This document shows positions 11,035 through 24,302 of a stretch of 64,000 bases of DNA, in pieces. Made by a program: the position numbers and the translations under genes. Each line of letters starts with the position of its first letter. Within the stretch, counting starts at the first letter, position 1. The notes under the pieces are model-generated. The model was given only the letters and a program-made list of their open reading frames with translations, had not been told where the DNA came from and did no database searches. Origin of the DNA: Dendrobates tinctorius (Eukaryota); NCBI RefSeq assembly GCF_039654945.1, contig NW_027361728.1, forward strand, positions 43,772,001 to 43,836,000, given 5' to 3'.

Positions 11035-14000
11035 CAATACCAGCGAAAAGTTAGGACACATCTGTTCATGAAACGGTCCTCCTTGTTCTTCCTGAAATAT
11101 GAACATTTTAGATTCAGACCTAAAGAGGACTTTTCACCAAATATTTCATGGTCAAATCCAAGGATGTAATAGGGGCTGCAAAGCGGAAGAATTTCGCCTC
11201 CCCGTAGCAGAGATAATGGCGAGAAAAGTGTTTGGCCCCAAAGTCCAAGCAGGTGCTTTCACTGGTGATGCCACTTCTTCTCCCTGTGACCCTGTGTGAG
11301 TAGTTATCTGATAACACCCATGTGGACTTAACAAAAGGTAACTCATTAGGTGCCAACATTTTCGATTGCCCATAATGCAACAGAGAAGCGAAATAATAAT
11401 AAAAAAAAAAAACGAAACAAAAAAAAGTTTTATTCTACTCTGCAGCCAATACTGTTTCATATGTCCAAATTCGAAAAATTTAGTGACTGTTCCAAGCAAG
11501 ATTATAAAGGTACACATCCGGAAACAAGGAGTAAAGTGTGAAACAAAGCAGAATGTGTGATAAATCTTAGATTTCTCAAAGCACTCTATCCCTCCCCTAC
11601 TTAGTCACACAGCCCCTGCATTGTCTGGAGGTGATTCTGCCACAACACAAACGATGTCCCACTATGTGCACACCAGATGGGATGACATGTCCTTATAGAA
11701 GCTGGAGTTGCCAAACTGGGTAATGTGCCCAAGATTTTGGATTAAATTACCAACATTGTTACCAGCAAAACACCTCCTCACCATCACAGCTCCCCCTCCA
11801 TGCCTCACAGTGGGCACCATGTATGTAGAAACCATAATCTCACCTTTCCTGGGTCTCGAATAGAGATGCCGGTTGGTATAAAACATCTCAAAATTTGATT
11901 CTTCAGACTACAGAACAGATTTCCACTGATCTAATGTCAAATGTCCAGTCCTTGTGCTGCTTAACTCAAACAAGTCTCTTCTTGTATGTGGTGATCTGTA
12001 ATGGCTTCTTTGCAGCAATTTGAAGATAAAGGCCTGCTTAAGGCAGTCTCCTCTGGGCAGATGATGTTGAGGTCTACAGTTAGGTCCATATATATTTGGA
12101 CAGAGACAACATTTATCTAATTTTGGTTCTAGACATTACCTCAATGAATTTTAAACAAAACAATTCAGATGCAGTTGAAGTTAAGACTTTCAGCTTTCAT
12201 TTGAGGGTATCCACATTAAAATTGGATGAAGGGTTTAGGAGTTTCAGCTCCTTAACATGTGCCACCCTGTTTTTAAAGGGACCAAAAGTAATTGGACAAT
12301 TGACTCCAAGGCTATTTCATGGACAGGTGTGGGCAATCCCTTCATAATGTCATTCTCAATTAAGCAGATAAAAGGCCTGGAGTTGATTTGAGGTGTGGTG
12401 CTTGCATTTGGAAGGTTTTGCTGTGAAGGAAACACGTGGTCAAAGGAGCACTCCATGCAGGTGAACAAGCCATCCTTAAGCTGCAAAAACAGAAAAAACC
12501 CATCCGAGAAATTGCTACAACATTAGGAGTGGCAAAATCTACAGTTTGGTACATCCTGAGAAAGAAAGAAAGCACTGGTGAACTCATCAATGCAAAAAGA
12601 CCTGGGTGCCCACGGAAGACAACAGTGGTGGATGATCGCAGAATAATCTCCATGGTGAAGAGAAACCCCTTCACAACAGCCAACCAAGTGAACAACACTC
12701 TCCAGGAGGTAGGCGTATCAATATCCAAATCTACCATAAAGAGAAGACTGCATGAAAGTAAATACAGAGGGTTCACTGCACGGTGCAAGCCACTCATAAG
12801 CATCAAGAATCAAAAGGCTAGACTGGACTTTGCTAAAAACATCTAAAAAAGCCAGCACAGTGCTGGAGGAACATTCTTTGGAGAGATGAAATCAAGATCA
12901 ACCTCTACCAGAATGATGGAAAGAGAAAAGTATGGCGAAGGCATGGTACAGCTCATGATCCAAAGCATACCACATCATCTGTAAAACACGGCGGAGGCAG
13001 TGTGATGGCTTGGTCATGCATGGCTGCCAGTGGCACTGGGTCACTAGTGTTTATTGATGATGTGACACAGGACAGAAGCAGCCGAATCAATTCTGAGGTA
13101 TTCAGAGCCTTATTGTGTGCTCAGATCCAGCCAAACTGATTGGTCGTCGTTTCATACTACAGATGGACAATGACCCAAAACATAAAGCCAAAGCAACCCA
13201 GGAGTTTATTAAAGCAAAGAAGTGGAATATTCTTGAATGGCCAAGTCAGTCACCTGGTCTCAACCCAATTGAGCATGCATTTCACTTGTTAAAGATTAAA
13301 CTTCAGACAGAAAGGTCCACAAACAAACAGCAACTGAAAAAAAATGCAGTGGAGGCCTGCAGAGCCTCAAAAAGGAGGAAACACAGCGTCTGGTGATGTC
13401 CATGAGTTCAAGACTTCAGGCAGTCATTGCCAACAAAGGGTTTCAACCAAGTACTAGAAATGAACATTTTATTTACAATTATTTAATCTGTCCAAATACT
13501 TTTTGGTCCCTTTAAAAACAGGGTGGCACATGTTAAGGAGCTGAAACTCCTAAACTCTTCATCCAATTTTAATGTGGATACCCTCAAATGAAACCTGAAA
13601 GTCTGAACTTCAACTGCATCTGAATTGTTTTGTTTAAAATTCATTGTGGTAATGTCTAGAACCAAAATTAGAAAAATGTTGTCTCTGTCCAAATATATAT
13701 GGACCTAACTTTATATGCTACTTGACGTCTGTGCATCATCTATGAGGGCTGTTATCCGAGGTGTTGTAGGTTTGCGGGTTCTGAGGCTGGTAACGCTGAT
13801 GATCTTATCCTCTGCAGCAGAGGTAGTTCTTGGTCTTCTTTTCATGAGGGCGCTTCTCATGAAATCTAGTTTCATGATAGCATTGAGTAGGTTTCATAAC
13901 TGCACTTGAGGATACCTTTAAGGTTCTAGCAGTTTTCAAAACAGACTGATCTTCAGCTATTAAAGTAAAGATAGACTGACCTTTCTCTTTATTTAGTGGA

Positions 14001-14420
14001 GTGGATCTTGACACATTTTGGCTTAGAAGAGATGTGGAATAGGACTCTGCACTGTCTGGAACTGTATACCAACACTGTCTCTGCAAAACCCACTTGATAG
14101 TGGTAAACACCTTCTGAGGGCAGGTGATTCCACAAATTAACTATTGACGTGGACACCTGTTCATTGGATGCCATTCCAAGTGACTACCTATTGAAGCTGC
14201 CTGAGAGGATGGCAAGGGTGTGTAAAGCCATCATCAGAGTAAAAAACGGGTGCTTTGAGGAATCTAAGGTTTAACTGGTTTGTTTCACATGTTTCTTAAC
14301 TCCTTGTTTCCTTAAGTGTTCCTTTGTGGTTTGATGCCGTCAGTCTAAATGTACAATGTGCAATTGCAATAAGAACAAGTTTACCATTGCGTGAAGAGGT
14401 GTATACAATCTTTAGAGCAT
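11035..14420 (-). mobile_element. Old degenerate Tc1-like element hosting a younger Tc1 insertion
   Basis: Minus-strand PTVRHGGGAVMV..CFAG at about 11.8 kb and N-terminal remnants at about 13.8-14.0 kb; inverted similarity between about 11520-11590 and 14250-14312. Boundaries are approximate. Confidence 0.6.
12077..13711 (+). mobile_element. Full-length Tc1-like transposon, frameshifted transposase (about 12436-13456)
   Basis: About 220-bp TIRs starting CAGTTAGGTCCATATATATTTGGACAGAGAC, flanked by TA; HTH ..IATTLGVAKSTVWYIL..RPGCPRKT, then KHGGGSVM, QMDNDPKH and EWPSQSPGLNPIE. Confidence 0.95.
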
Positions 14421-15591
14421 ACCTGTTGAGGCTGGTATATTTACTTTGAAAATCCATGTAGCAAGGGCTGTATAATCCTTTATAAAAATGACTCTCACTA
14501 ATATTAAAATGAGCAGTGAATGAAATGCTCACTTGAAATTGATAATTTTACTGGTATCATGACATGGACTTTTTTTTTTAAGTACATCAGCCTCTTCAGG
14601 TCTAAGAGATCTATTTAATAATGTTTAAAGTTTAAAGAGTGAAATCTTTTGACAGATCAGCTTTCAGTTCACCACAGACCTCAGACTTGAAACAGAGATT
14701 GATGCTCACCTGCCAGAAGAACGACCCTGAATATAAAGCGAAAGCTGCACTGGAGAAGTTTAGACTGAGTCAAGGCCCACTGCTCAATCCAACTGAGAAT
14801 CGGTGGTGTGACTTTAAAAGGCTCGCTCCTATGAGAATATAACTCGGACAAGTGCTATCTGATATTTTATCCAACAGCACTGGAGCCAATGTATACTATG
14901 GGGCAGTGCTGATCTGCATTTTCTCTTCAGCATGGAAAAAAAAAAAATCACAGAAGGCTGTGAGTGGCTCCACGAATCTGACCATGGGCACACATTCATG
15001 ATTATGGGTGCATATAAAACATTGCACTGCACTCTAATGTCATCCAAGTGCAGTCCGACATCCGTGAACTCAGATAATAGAGAAATTACGTTCTCTGTCT
15101 TCTCCTCACCTGTAACACAATTTTCTCATGCGAGAGCATCAGATCACAGTAAACTGACACTCGGATCAGACTCTGACATACCGTAATCTGAGTAGAGAGT
15201 CATTAGCATAATCGTTTTGATTCTCTCGCATGAGAAAATGAACGCAAGTTTTACCACGGACGTAGACTGCTCTACATCAAGAGAATCCAAAACAAATTGA
15301 AGGAAGTGGAGTAGTTTTGCCTGAAAGAGAACCTGTCAGAAAAGAATGACTGTTTAGATCAAGTACAAGCACTTGGTGCACCCTTGGTGTGGCCGAACAT
15401 TTACTGTAAGTGCACCTACCCACCATCAACTTCCCCCCACCTCGGACAGCCTTGGCTTTATAGAGGCAGAGAAGGACAGTGAGAGGGAAAACAAGCAGAT
15501 GAGATGGTGCACTATGCTTGACCCTATGATGCACCGAGCACCTAAACTTGGTGTGAATAGTCCTTCTGTGCTGACAGAATCCCTTTAAGAC

Positions 15592-17181
15592 ACACATGTC
15601 AAACTCTGACCAACGGGCCAGATCGGGCCTGTAGGGTGATTATATATGGCCTATGAAGCTGGCACCGCTCAACATTATCAGCATCCTGTATGCCAATAGA
15701 GTTTATCGCAACGATGGAGGAGGCAGCTGTCAGCTGATGTTCCGTCTGCCATCATTCTCCCTCTGCGTCTGATGACTAAGCGCAGCGGACGCGATGACAT
15801 CACTATTTTGTGCCAAGCATTGAAGAGCTGCAGAGTGCTCACTGCAGATACTGGAGCAACGGGGGATAAAAGCGAGGGGAGTTTTTATTTTTTTATACCA
15901 TTATTTTGTATGGAGGACTATGTGGGGGCCCATTATTCTGTATGCAGAACTATGTGGGGGGGCCCATTAATCTGTATGCAGAACTATGTGGGGGGCCCAT
16001 TATTCTGTATGCAGAACTATGTAGGGGGCCCATTATTCTGTATGCAGAACTATGTAGGGGGCCCATTATTCTGTATGCAGAACTATGTGGGGGCCCATTA
16101 TTCTGTATGGAGGGCTATGTCGGGGCCCATCATTCTGTATGGAGGGCTATGTCGGGGCCCATCATTCTGTATGGAGAGCTATGTGGGGGCCCATTATTCT
16201 GTATGGAGGGCTATGTGGGGGCCCATTATTCTGTATGGAGGGCTATGTGGGGGCCCATTATTGTATATGGAGGGCTATGTGGGGGCCCATTATTCTGTAT
16301 GGAGGGCTATGTGGGGGCCCATTATGCTGTATGGAGGACTATGTGGGGGCCCATTATTCTGCATGAAGGGCTATGTGGGGCCCATTATTCTGCATGGAGG
16401 ACTATGTGGGGGCCCATTATGCTGTATGGAAGGCTATGTGGGGGCCCATTATTCTGTATGGAGGACTATGTGGGGGCCCATTATTCTGTATGGAGGACTA
16501 TGTGGGGGCCCATTATTCTGTATGGAGGACTATGTGGGGGCCCATTATTCTGTATGGAGGACTATGTGGGGGCCCATTATTCTGTATGGAGGGCTATGTG
16601 GGGGCCCATTATGCTGTATGGAGGACTATGTGGGGGCCCATTATTCTGCATGGAGGGCTATGTGGGGCCTATTATTCTGCATGGAGGACTATGTGGGGGC
16701 CCATTATGCTGTATGGAGGGCTATGTGGGGGCCCATTATTCTGTATGGAGGACTATGTGGGGGCCCATTATTCTGTATGGAGGACTATGTGGGGGCCCAT
16801 TATTCTGTATGGAGGACTATGTGGGGGCCCATTATGCTGTATGGAGGGCTATGTGGGGGCCCATTATTCTGTATGGAGGACTATGTGGGGGCCCATTATT
16901 CTGTATGGAGGACTATGTGGGGGCCCATTATTCTCGGGTGTCGAGAGCAGGAGGTCATATGACTGAAAATATGCAAAATCCATACTCCTGGCCACATTCA
17001 TACAAGTGAATTGAGGAAGACCAAACAAGTCTAGTTAGAATGTGTCCAGAAGTATGCATATCACATAATTGCGGTCACATAACTGCCCGGGCTCGCTGAC
17101 TGCAGCGGAGCTCGCACTGTGCACGTAGTGAGGATTCGCACAGTGACTACAGACTTTCATGCCAGACTTGGACAACCCCTG
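15592..17181. mobile_element. Probable non-autonomous hAT element carrying a minisatellite
   Basis: Left CATGTCAAACTC..GGGCCAGATCGGGCC and right TTGGACAACCCCTG resemble hAT/Charlie ends; no clear TSD. Confidence 0.45.
15898..16934 (+). repeat. Minisatellite, 32-bp unit
   Basis: About 32 copies of GGAGGrCTATGTGGGGGCCCATTATTCTGTAT. Confidence 0.97.
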
Positions 17182-19248
17182 GTTGCTATATATTTTCAAT
17201 AGTTGTTGGCCAGCCATTCATTCTACCTACTGCTATTTCTCAGGCTGCGGCATAACACGTACAGGCTCAGCCTCATGTGTATGGGGACCTTTCCTCCACA
17301 AGAGTAAGGAAACATTCCTGACAACACAGCATAACCAGAAGCGGAAATAAAAATCCATTCCCAAACCTGATGACAACAGAAAACTTCATTTCAGCATCTC
17401 ACCATTTGTCCACAAACTTCAAAAATACACAGACTGGAATAATAGGAGGCTGCAAATCACATTTTCAGCGTATTATCTGTTAGTCGGCATCTGGGACAGG
17501 CAGACGGTTGGATGATGAAGTCGGCAGCGTTATCATTAGCCTATATGCTTATGCCTTATGGGCGCTGCTGTGCAGCTGGAGACATTGATGTGCCGCCAAG
17601 CAGTCGGTGCAGGGGGATTAGCATATATAAGGGGCTGCGGGGTACAGCTGGCCCCCTGCGCGGGACGGGAGCGCTACTTTATGAGCAGCATATTCTGGAA
17701 ATGCCAAATATCTCTAGAACAAGAGCTAGAAATACTGGGCAGCAAATGACATGTACAGAATGGCTACATCGCCCAGACAGCGTCACATCACAGCGGTCAG
17801 TGTACGGCCCCTCTGACACTGCAGACCGGTGCAGCCCCCCCCACGGCCAGTCCAGCTGCACCCCCTCTATCGGACTCGCAGATAGGGCGACTTCACAGTG
17901 GTGTGCACTTTACCCCGTGTGTGCCAGCATTAGTGCCCGGCAGATTACCACTTCATTACTCACTGTTTGGATATAGAATTTTGCAATGTTGACTCTCTGG
18001 AAAGCTAATAGTCGCAGCCAGAAGCAATCACCGAGAGCAAAGATAAGGGAACCGGCCGGTGTAAATGGATATGACTATTTACCCAGGGGCTTTGACAGTA
18101 CATCGCACACAGAGGGTGCGGCAAGAGGGCATTGAAAACCACACAAGCGTTTCCTCACGAATGTGTCACATCGACCATATTCCTACAGTAGACCTGTACT
18201 GGAGAGCCACTGAGGCCCCCCAACAGGCACCAAAAGACTTCTTGGTAGGAAAGCTTCCAAGTCAAACAGTAATATGTCACAGGCCCACGTATCGTGCAGA
18301 TTTGTCATGTTGAAATCTAGATAAGCTGTCAGACACTCAATAAGGCCACTACTGCGGCCCCCACTAAGGGCACATACTGAAGGGGCTTCCAAAGAAAGCA
18401 TGGGCATGGCACGCCGACGCGGCATGGAACTCAGATATGGCACGGAACTCCGATACACCTTCTGTTTTTTTTGTTTTATCATTGAGAGTCTGAACTCTGA
18501 TCCTTAGAACGAAGGGACCACAGTGTAATAAAGTTTAATCCTGCCAATAAATAAGCAAAAAAAGAAAAGGATGTGGGTCCCTGGAATTTAGCCATATCCT
18601 TCTGCTTTCCTTTTAGTGTCTGGCTGTAAGACAACTGGCTGCAGCAGGAGCCACCCCCCTTTGGCTGATCAGATGCCCCGCCCACTGATTAAACCCCGCC
18701 CTTTAGATGTGCAGCAGTATAATGTGCACAGATTAGCTGGATGTGCACAGATTAACTCCGTGTTCTCGGCAGAGTTTTCACAAGTTATAGGATTTGGGTT
18801 TTTAGGAAATTGCAGAAGCTCCTGCAGACGGATAAACAGCTGGGGTAATCTATTAATGATCTCTCAGATCAGCGTTCCTATAAAAGAAACCTGTTACTGG
18901 ATTCATGCTGCCCAGACATCGGGCAGCATGAATCAGGACCAGGATGTGCTGCGGAAACATTGTTCAAAAAGCCAACCAAGGACCCTAGGGAGAGACCTGA
19001 CTAGTCCAGCACGGTTAATGGACAGGTCGTTCCAATGTGTATATATAGAGAGAGACCTGTCAATCACCTGGAGGGAGGCAGGGAGAAGTCAGCAGGGGTA
19101 GCACCAGACTAGTCACGTCTCTCCTTACAGTCCCAGGATTACTTTTCAAACTATTTTCTTTGAAACTTTGCAGCGTTTCTGAGTAAAACATACCCGGCTA
19201 CAATGACCTTCAGGCTGCTGTAGCTCACAGCATAAATCTAGTGGCAGG

Positions 19249-19464
19249 TAGAGATGAGCGAATTTTTCAATATTCGGTTCAGATTACGATCACTGGCGAA
19301 TATTGCATTTGCAATATTCGCCGAACGCCATTGGAGTCAATGGGAGTAGAGATGAGTGAATATGTTTGGAAACGATCATCAAACACAAATTCGGCATGAA
19401 TGGGGTAACAATATGGCAAATTCAGATTTGGCGATAGTTTTCAGAACATATTCGGTCAACTCTA
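19249..19464. mobile_element. hAT MITE
   Basis: TIR TAGAGATGAGCGAA / TTCGGTCAACTCTA; exact 8-bp TSD GTGGCAGG at 19241-19248 and 19465-19472. Confidence 0.85.
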
Positions 19465-21741
19465 GTGGCAGGTTCCCTTTAAATAAGTAATAGTGAACCT
19501 GACTGCAATGAGTCAGGAGGAAAAAGTGCAATCTAAAACATAGAGAGCACGTCCTGCCCCGAGCATGGCGGACTGGGCGTCACATTGCAATATGCAGAAG
19601 ACTAGAAGGGGCACAGTATACACTTCATAGCTACAGGATATCCAATGCCATGAAATATTAATTCCCAATATCCCTAAATAATAAAGCCGCCACTGCAGGA
19701 TACTTGTCTGGCTAGCTCCTGTACTGCGCCCAATACTATTCTGTATCTCTAGATCCGGCCAAAAATACTGGAAAACCAAGGAGTGAAGGAAAGGCTGACA
19801 TGTGTAACAAGTACTAATGTATTATTAATGCTGTCAGCACGGAGGAAACTGGGAGCAACGACGACAGAACAACTGTGACAACACAACAGGAAAATTGTCA
19901 CTTGTGGGAACGTCCATGGGACGCAGCGTCGCCCTGTCACTTCTGAGCACAGCATCCTTATGAGATATGACAGGACCACGCTGCACGGGAGGGGCAGCAG
20001 AAGCGCGCACACAATCCCTCTGACACTGCAGCATTCATTCCTGGAAACATGCCAGGTTATCGTTAATCTTGCTTTATCAATTATTATCCAAAACCTCCAG
20101 CAACGAAAAAAGTGACAGAAAACGGTGTAGGGCAAAGGTGAGGATAGGGCCTAATAAAGCTGGATACGATCAGGGAGAGGTCCCATCACATTAGCGAGGT
20201 GGAACTATGAGGACATTTCATTCAATTAATCAAGTAAATAGGAATACGACAAGAACAGTGAGGATGATGTAGGACACACGGAGTCCGAGCTCAGCCCTAC
20301 GTTAATGTGTAGGGTTTTTCCCATTTTCCGTAGAAACTGATATTTTGAGCTGATGCAAAAAGAGATAAAAAAATATATAGGGTGATGGATTGTGATTACT
20401 GTGCATTGGATCCTATGTAACACACCGGCCTAGAGCAGCACCTGCAGCCGCCGTCAGGGCCTCCTCCACAGTGGGTTATCATGGACCCTAGTGATCCGCC
20501 ACAAGTACGCTCAGCGAGTCCTGCCAAGTGGCACAAGCAGCAGGAGACCACAGGTTTCTGAACATGGGCCATAAAAAGCGCTGCCTAATATAATCCCACG
20601 CCCGCCGGCACGTATCACCACGGGCACCAAGTCAGGAAGTGGTCTTTAGCCCTACTTCATATACTGAGGCTCACAATACGTCCAGTCAATAAAAAGAAAC
20701 CTGTGCAGGACTGAGCGCTGGGTATGTATGTAGGCGACATGGCCGACTTTCAAGAAAAACAAGTTCTCACTTATCGGAATGAGGCAACGTAGGCACAATC
20801 AGTAGCCTCCAGAACTGAAAATTCCTGAAGAGGATTCATTCATGTGTCACGTACCCATAGAGGTGCAGCTAGACTTTCCTACATCAGGGCCCAAGATTCA
20901 CTGTGCTGCCCTAACCTCGGACCCAACTGCCTAGAAACCTGAGACATGGCACGACGGTGCCCCCTGACACCAGGATCACCAATTTTACTTTTTATTTGTT
21001 TTAACAGGCAGGAAAAAAAAATCTCTATTTTTACAGATCCTGGAATTTCTGGACAGTTGGCATCGCTGCCTGACACACGTCATGTCTGCCCCCTCCCTGC
21101 GTCACTCACACGCACCGGAGGCTTTTATCGTCTTCCATAATAGCCACAGCGGCGCCAACCACAAAACCGCGGTCCGGGCGCCCATCTGTCCCATGGCGCA
21201 CTCTGAGAAGTGGGTCCTACACCTTATAATTACCCCATGGCACAAATAACAGGGACATCGGGCAAAAAGTACACCAGAACTAGGAGGAGAATTCATATGG
21301 AAATAAGGCAGGAAGATCACATAATAACAGTAATAATAATAATCCATAATCATGGAAAAATGATAACAGAAGAGTAATAATAATACACAAGATGCCATAC
21401 TAATGGTAATAATAAGAATATACAGAGATGGCATCAATGGTAATTATATGCAGAAGATGGCATATTACTATGACACCTGGGCACAGCCCACACCTCCATC
21501 ACTCTGCCCATCACCATCCCCGATATCACGTATGACTCCACAGCACGATCGTTGCCCGATGCCAGTAGCTGTGCCCAGCAGGGCCATGCCCACCCCCCGA
21601 CCACACCTGCACCGATGCCCTCACAGCAGCACTGGTATCACCTGACTCAGTGATATCTGTGATCACCATGGAGACCGGCAGGGATGAGGTGCTGCACCGC
21701 ACGATCAGCAATGCCCGCTCCTGGCGCTCAGCATCCCTCAC

Positions 21742-21860
21742 CTTATGCAGCGGTGCACACCTCCGCTCCGTGCTGCTGATGCTCCGCCGTCTCTTCCTCC
21801 AACTGACTGCACGATCACGCTCTATGCTCCACCACAGCTTTCCCCATAGCACCCGCACGC
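21742..21860 (-). other. Candidate non-coding first exon of the divergently transcribed gene (SERPINI1 by mammalian synteny)
   Basis: Strong minus-strand donor AAG|GTGAGG (GT at 21741-21740) just beyond two CCAAT boxes in GC-rich unique sequence. PDCD10 is head-to-head with SERPINI1 in mammals. No serpin coding exon is seen in the window and the TSS is approximate. Confidence 0.45.
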
Positions 21861-22210
21861 TGTCACCTGACAGCCAATCACTAGGCGGCCATCCCCTTCC
21901 GCGCCGCTGATTGGCCTAGAAACACCATTCTGTCTCTTACACTTCCGCTCGCTATTTGACAACTGGCGTGTTTGTTATGAAAGGCCTTGGTTTCGCAAAG
22001 CACGACGGGAAATGTAGTTCACACTTTAATCCATAGTTGTCGGAGAAAACCTTGAGGAAAACTACAACTCCCAGTGGACCCAAATCTTTTGCCTATGTAT
22101 GTGGTAGCCACGCCTTCTCGAAAGGTAAACTCGTCGGACTGATTCCGGGCAACGCCTTACTTCTTCTTCAGGACGGCAGACACTTCCTAGAGCGGACTTC
22201 CGGTGACAGG
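21860..22210. promoter_or_regulatory. CpG-rich bidirectional promoter
   Basis: CCAAT boxes (AGCCAATCA near 21872; TGATTGGC near 21908), two divergent ZNF143/SBS motifs (GGGAAATGTAGT 22007-22018; ACTACAACTCCCAG 22061-22074), ETS/GABPA sites (ACTTCCG near 21941; ACTTCCGG near 22196). Confidence 0.75.
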
Positions 22211-22273
22211 GGCTCCGGGGCAGTGGTGGGAGCACGAAGGCGGGGGCCGTGTCAACCGCTCGCCGGGTCACAG
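22195..22273 (+). other. PDCD10: Candidate non-coding exon 1 of PDCD10
   Basis: GC-rich segment after the ETS sites ending at a possible donor CAG|GTAGCC (GT 22274-22275). This is the only obvious promoter upstream of the coding exons; exon boundaries are uncertain. Confidence 0.4.
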
Positions 22274-22559
22274 GTAGCCTGAATGTGTGAGCTGTGGGGC
22301 GTGGGCCGGAATACCGGTGCTCCTTTGCCGGGCAGTGTGCTGAGTAATGCCGGGCCTGGAGGAGTCAGGGGATCAGTGCCGTGCTCTGCCCTCAGCTCCC
22401 TGGCCCCGAGCTCAGCCCTGATCATCAGTGATTGGGGTCTGGTCCTACCTGCAGCCGTGACTGCCCTGCCTCCTGCTGAATCACCCCCGAGCAGAAGTGG
22501 CAAAGGTTAATGATCCACCTGCTGCGGCCATAACCAGGCCGGGCACTCGGTGTGCACAG

Positions 22560-23921
22560 TGTGAGGGGTATATGGGGGGGTGGTCCCCTGGCCCTGCGTG
22601 AGGGGTATATGGGGGGGTGGGAGAGACCCCTGGCCCTGCGTGAGGGGTATATGGGGGGGTGGGAGAGACCCCTGGCCCTGCGTGAGGGGTATATGGGGGG
22701 GTGGGAGAGACCCCTGGCCCTGCGTGAGGGGTATATGGGGGGGTGGGAGAGACCCCTGGCCCTGCGTGAGGGGTATATGGGGGGAGGGTGCTCCCCTGGC
22801 CCTGCGTGAGGGGTATATGGGGGGAGGGTGCTCCCCTGGCCCTGCGTGAGGGGTATATGGGGGGAGGGTGCTCCCCTGGCCCTGCGTGAGGGGTATATGG
22901 GGGGAGGGTGCTCCCCTGGCCCTGCGTGAGGGGTATATGGGGGGAGGGTGCTCCCCTGGCCCTGCGTGAGGGGTATATGGGGGGAGGGTGCTCCCCTGGC
23001 CCTGCGTGAGGGGTATATGGGGGGGGGGAGAGGACTCCCTGGCCCTGCGTGAGGGCTATATGGGGGGGGGGGAGAGGACTCCCTGGCCCTGCGTGAGGGC
23101 TATATGGGGGGGGGGGGGAGAGGACTCCCTGGCCCTGCGTGAGGGCTATATGGGGGGGGGGGGGGAGAGAGGACTCCCTGGCCCTGCGTGAGGGCTATAT
23201 GGGGGGGGGGGGGGGAAGAGGACTCCCTGGCCCTGCGTGAGGGCTATATGGGGGGGGGGGGGGGGGAGGACTCCCTGGCCCTGCGTGAGGGCTATATGGG
23301 GGGGGGGGGGGGAGAGGACTCCCTGGCCCTGCGTGAGGGCTATATGGGGGGGGGGGGGGGGGGGAGAGGACTCCCTGGCCCTGCGTGAGGGCTATATGGG
23401 GGGGGGGGGGGAGAGGACTCCCTGGCCCTGCGTGAGGGCTATATGGGGGGGGGGGGGGAGAGGACTCCCTGGCCCTGCGTGAGGGCTATATGGGGGGGGG
23501 GGGGGGGGGAGAGGACTCCCTGGCCCTGCGTGAGGGCTATATGGGGGGGGGGGGGGAGAGGACTCCCTGGCCCTGCGTGAGGGCTATATGGGGGGGGGGG
23601 GGGAGAGGACTCCCTGGCCCTGCGTGAGGGCTATATGGGGGGGGGGGGAGAGGACTCCCTGGCCCTGCGTGAGGGCTATATGGGGGGGGGGGGGAGAGGA
23701 CTCCCTGGCCCTGCGTGAGGGCTATATGGGGGGGGGGGGGGGAGAGGACTCCCTGGCCCTGCGTGAGGGCTATATGGGGGGGGGGAGAGGACTCCCTGGC
23801 CCTGCGTGAGGGCTATATGGGGGGGGGGGGGGGGAGAGGACTCCTTGGCCCTGCGTGAGGGCTATATGGGGGGGGGGGAGAGGACTCCCTGGCCCTGCGT
23901 GAGGGCTATATGGGGGGGGGG
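22560..23921 (+). repeat. G-rich VNTR, about 38-48 bp unit with variable poly-G
   Basis: About 30 copies of CCCTGGCCCTGCGTGAGGGsTATATG(n)AGAGGACT in three successive variants. Confidence 0.97.
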
Positions 23922-24233
23922 CTTCCCCAACACTTCCTAGCACCTCACGATGTGGTGGTATAACTGCTCAGCCAATCGCTTATATAATGGGCTTTTCAGT
24001 GGTCGGATTAACCCTTTCAACTTGAAGTTTGCCTGATGGAGAAGAGACCTTTTTGCAGAAAGCACTTGCGTATGTGATGGCGTTCTTCGCTTGGTCGGTT
24101 TGTGATTGTCGGCTCGTTATTTCTTGTGACGTTATTGTATCCGGACTTTCTCATCTTCGTTCTTTCCGGGTTCATATATTTGACCATGAATTTAATTTAA
24201 CACTAAAGGGTGAATGAAATAGAAGTTCTATAA

Positions 24234-24302
24234 CAGTGCTGTGGAGTTTGTGTCATGGAAATTGAGGAGTCGGAGGTTTGGCTTACTGACTCCACAGCCC
24301 TG
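24234..24302. mobile_element. 69-bp hAT micro-element
   Basis: TIR CAGTGCTGTGGAGT / ACTCCACAGCCCTG; direct repeat GTTCTATAA at 24225-24233 and 24303-24311; same termini as 49646-51884. Confidence 0.85.

Noticed and set aside
15772-17009. 396-aa and 367-aa ORFs
   Set aside because: Translations of a 32-bp minisatellite.
1-21740. SERPINI1 coding exons
   Set aside because: No serpin-like translation found on the - strand; coding exons, if present, lie left of the window.
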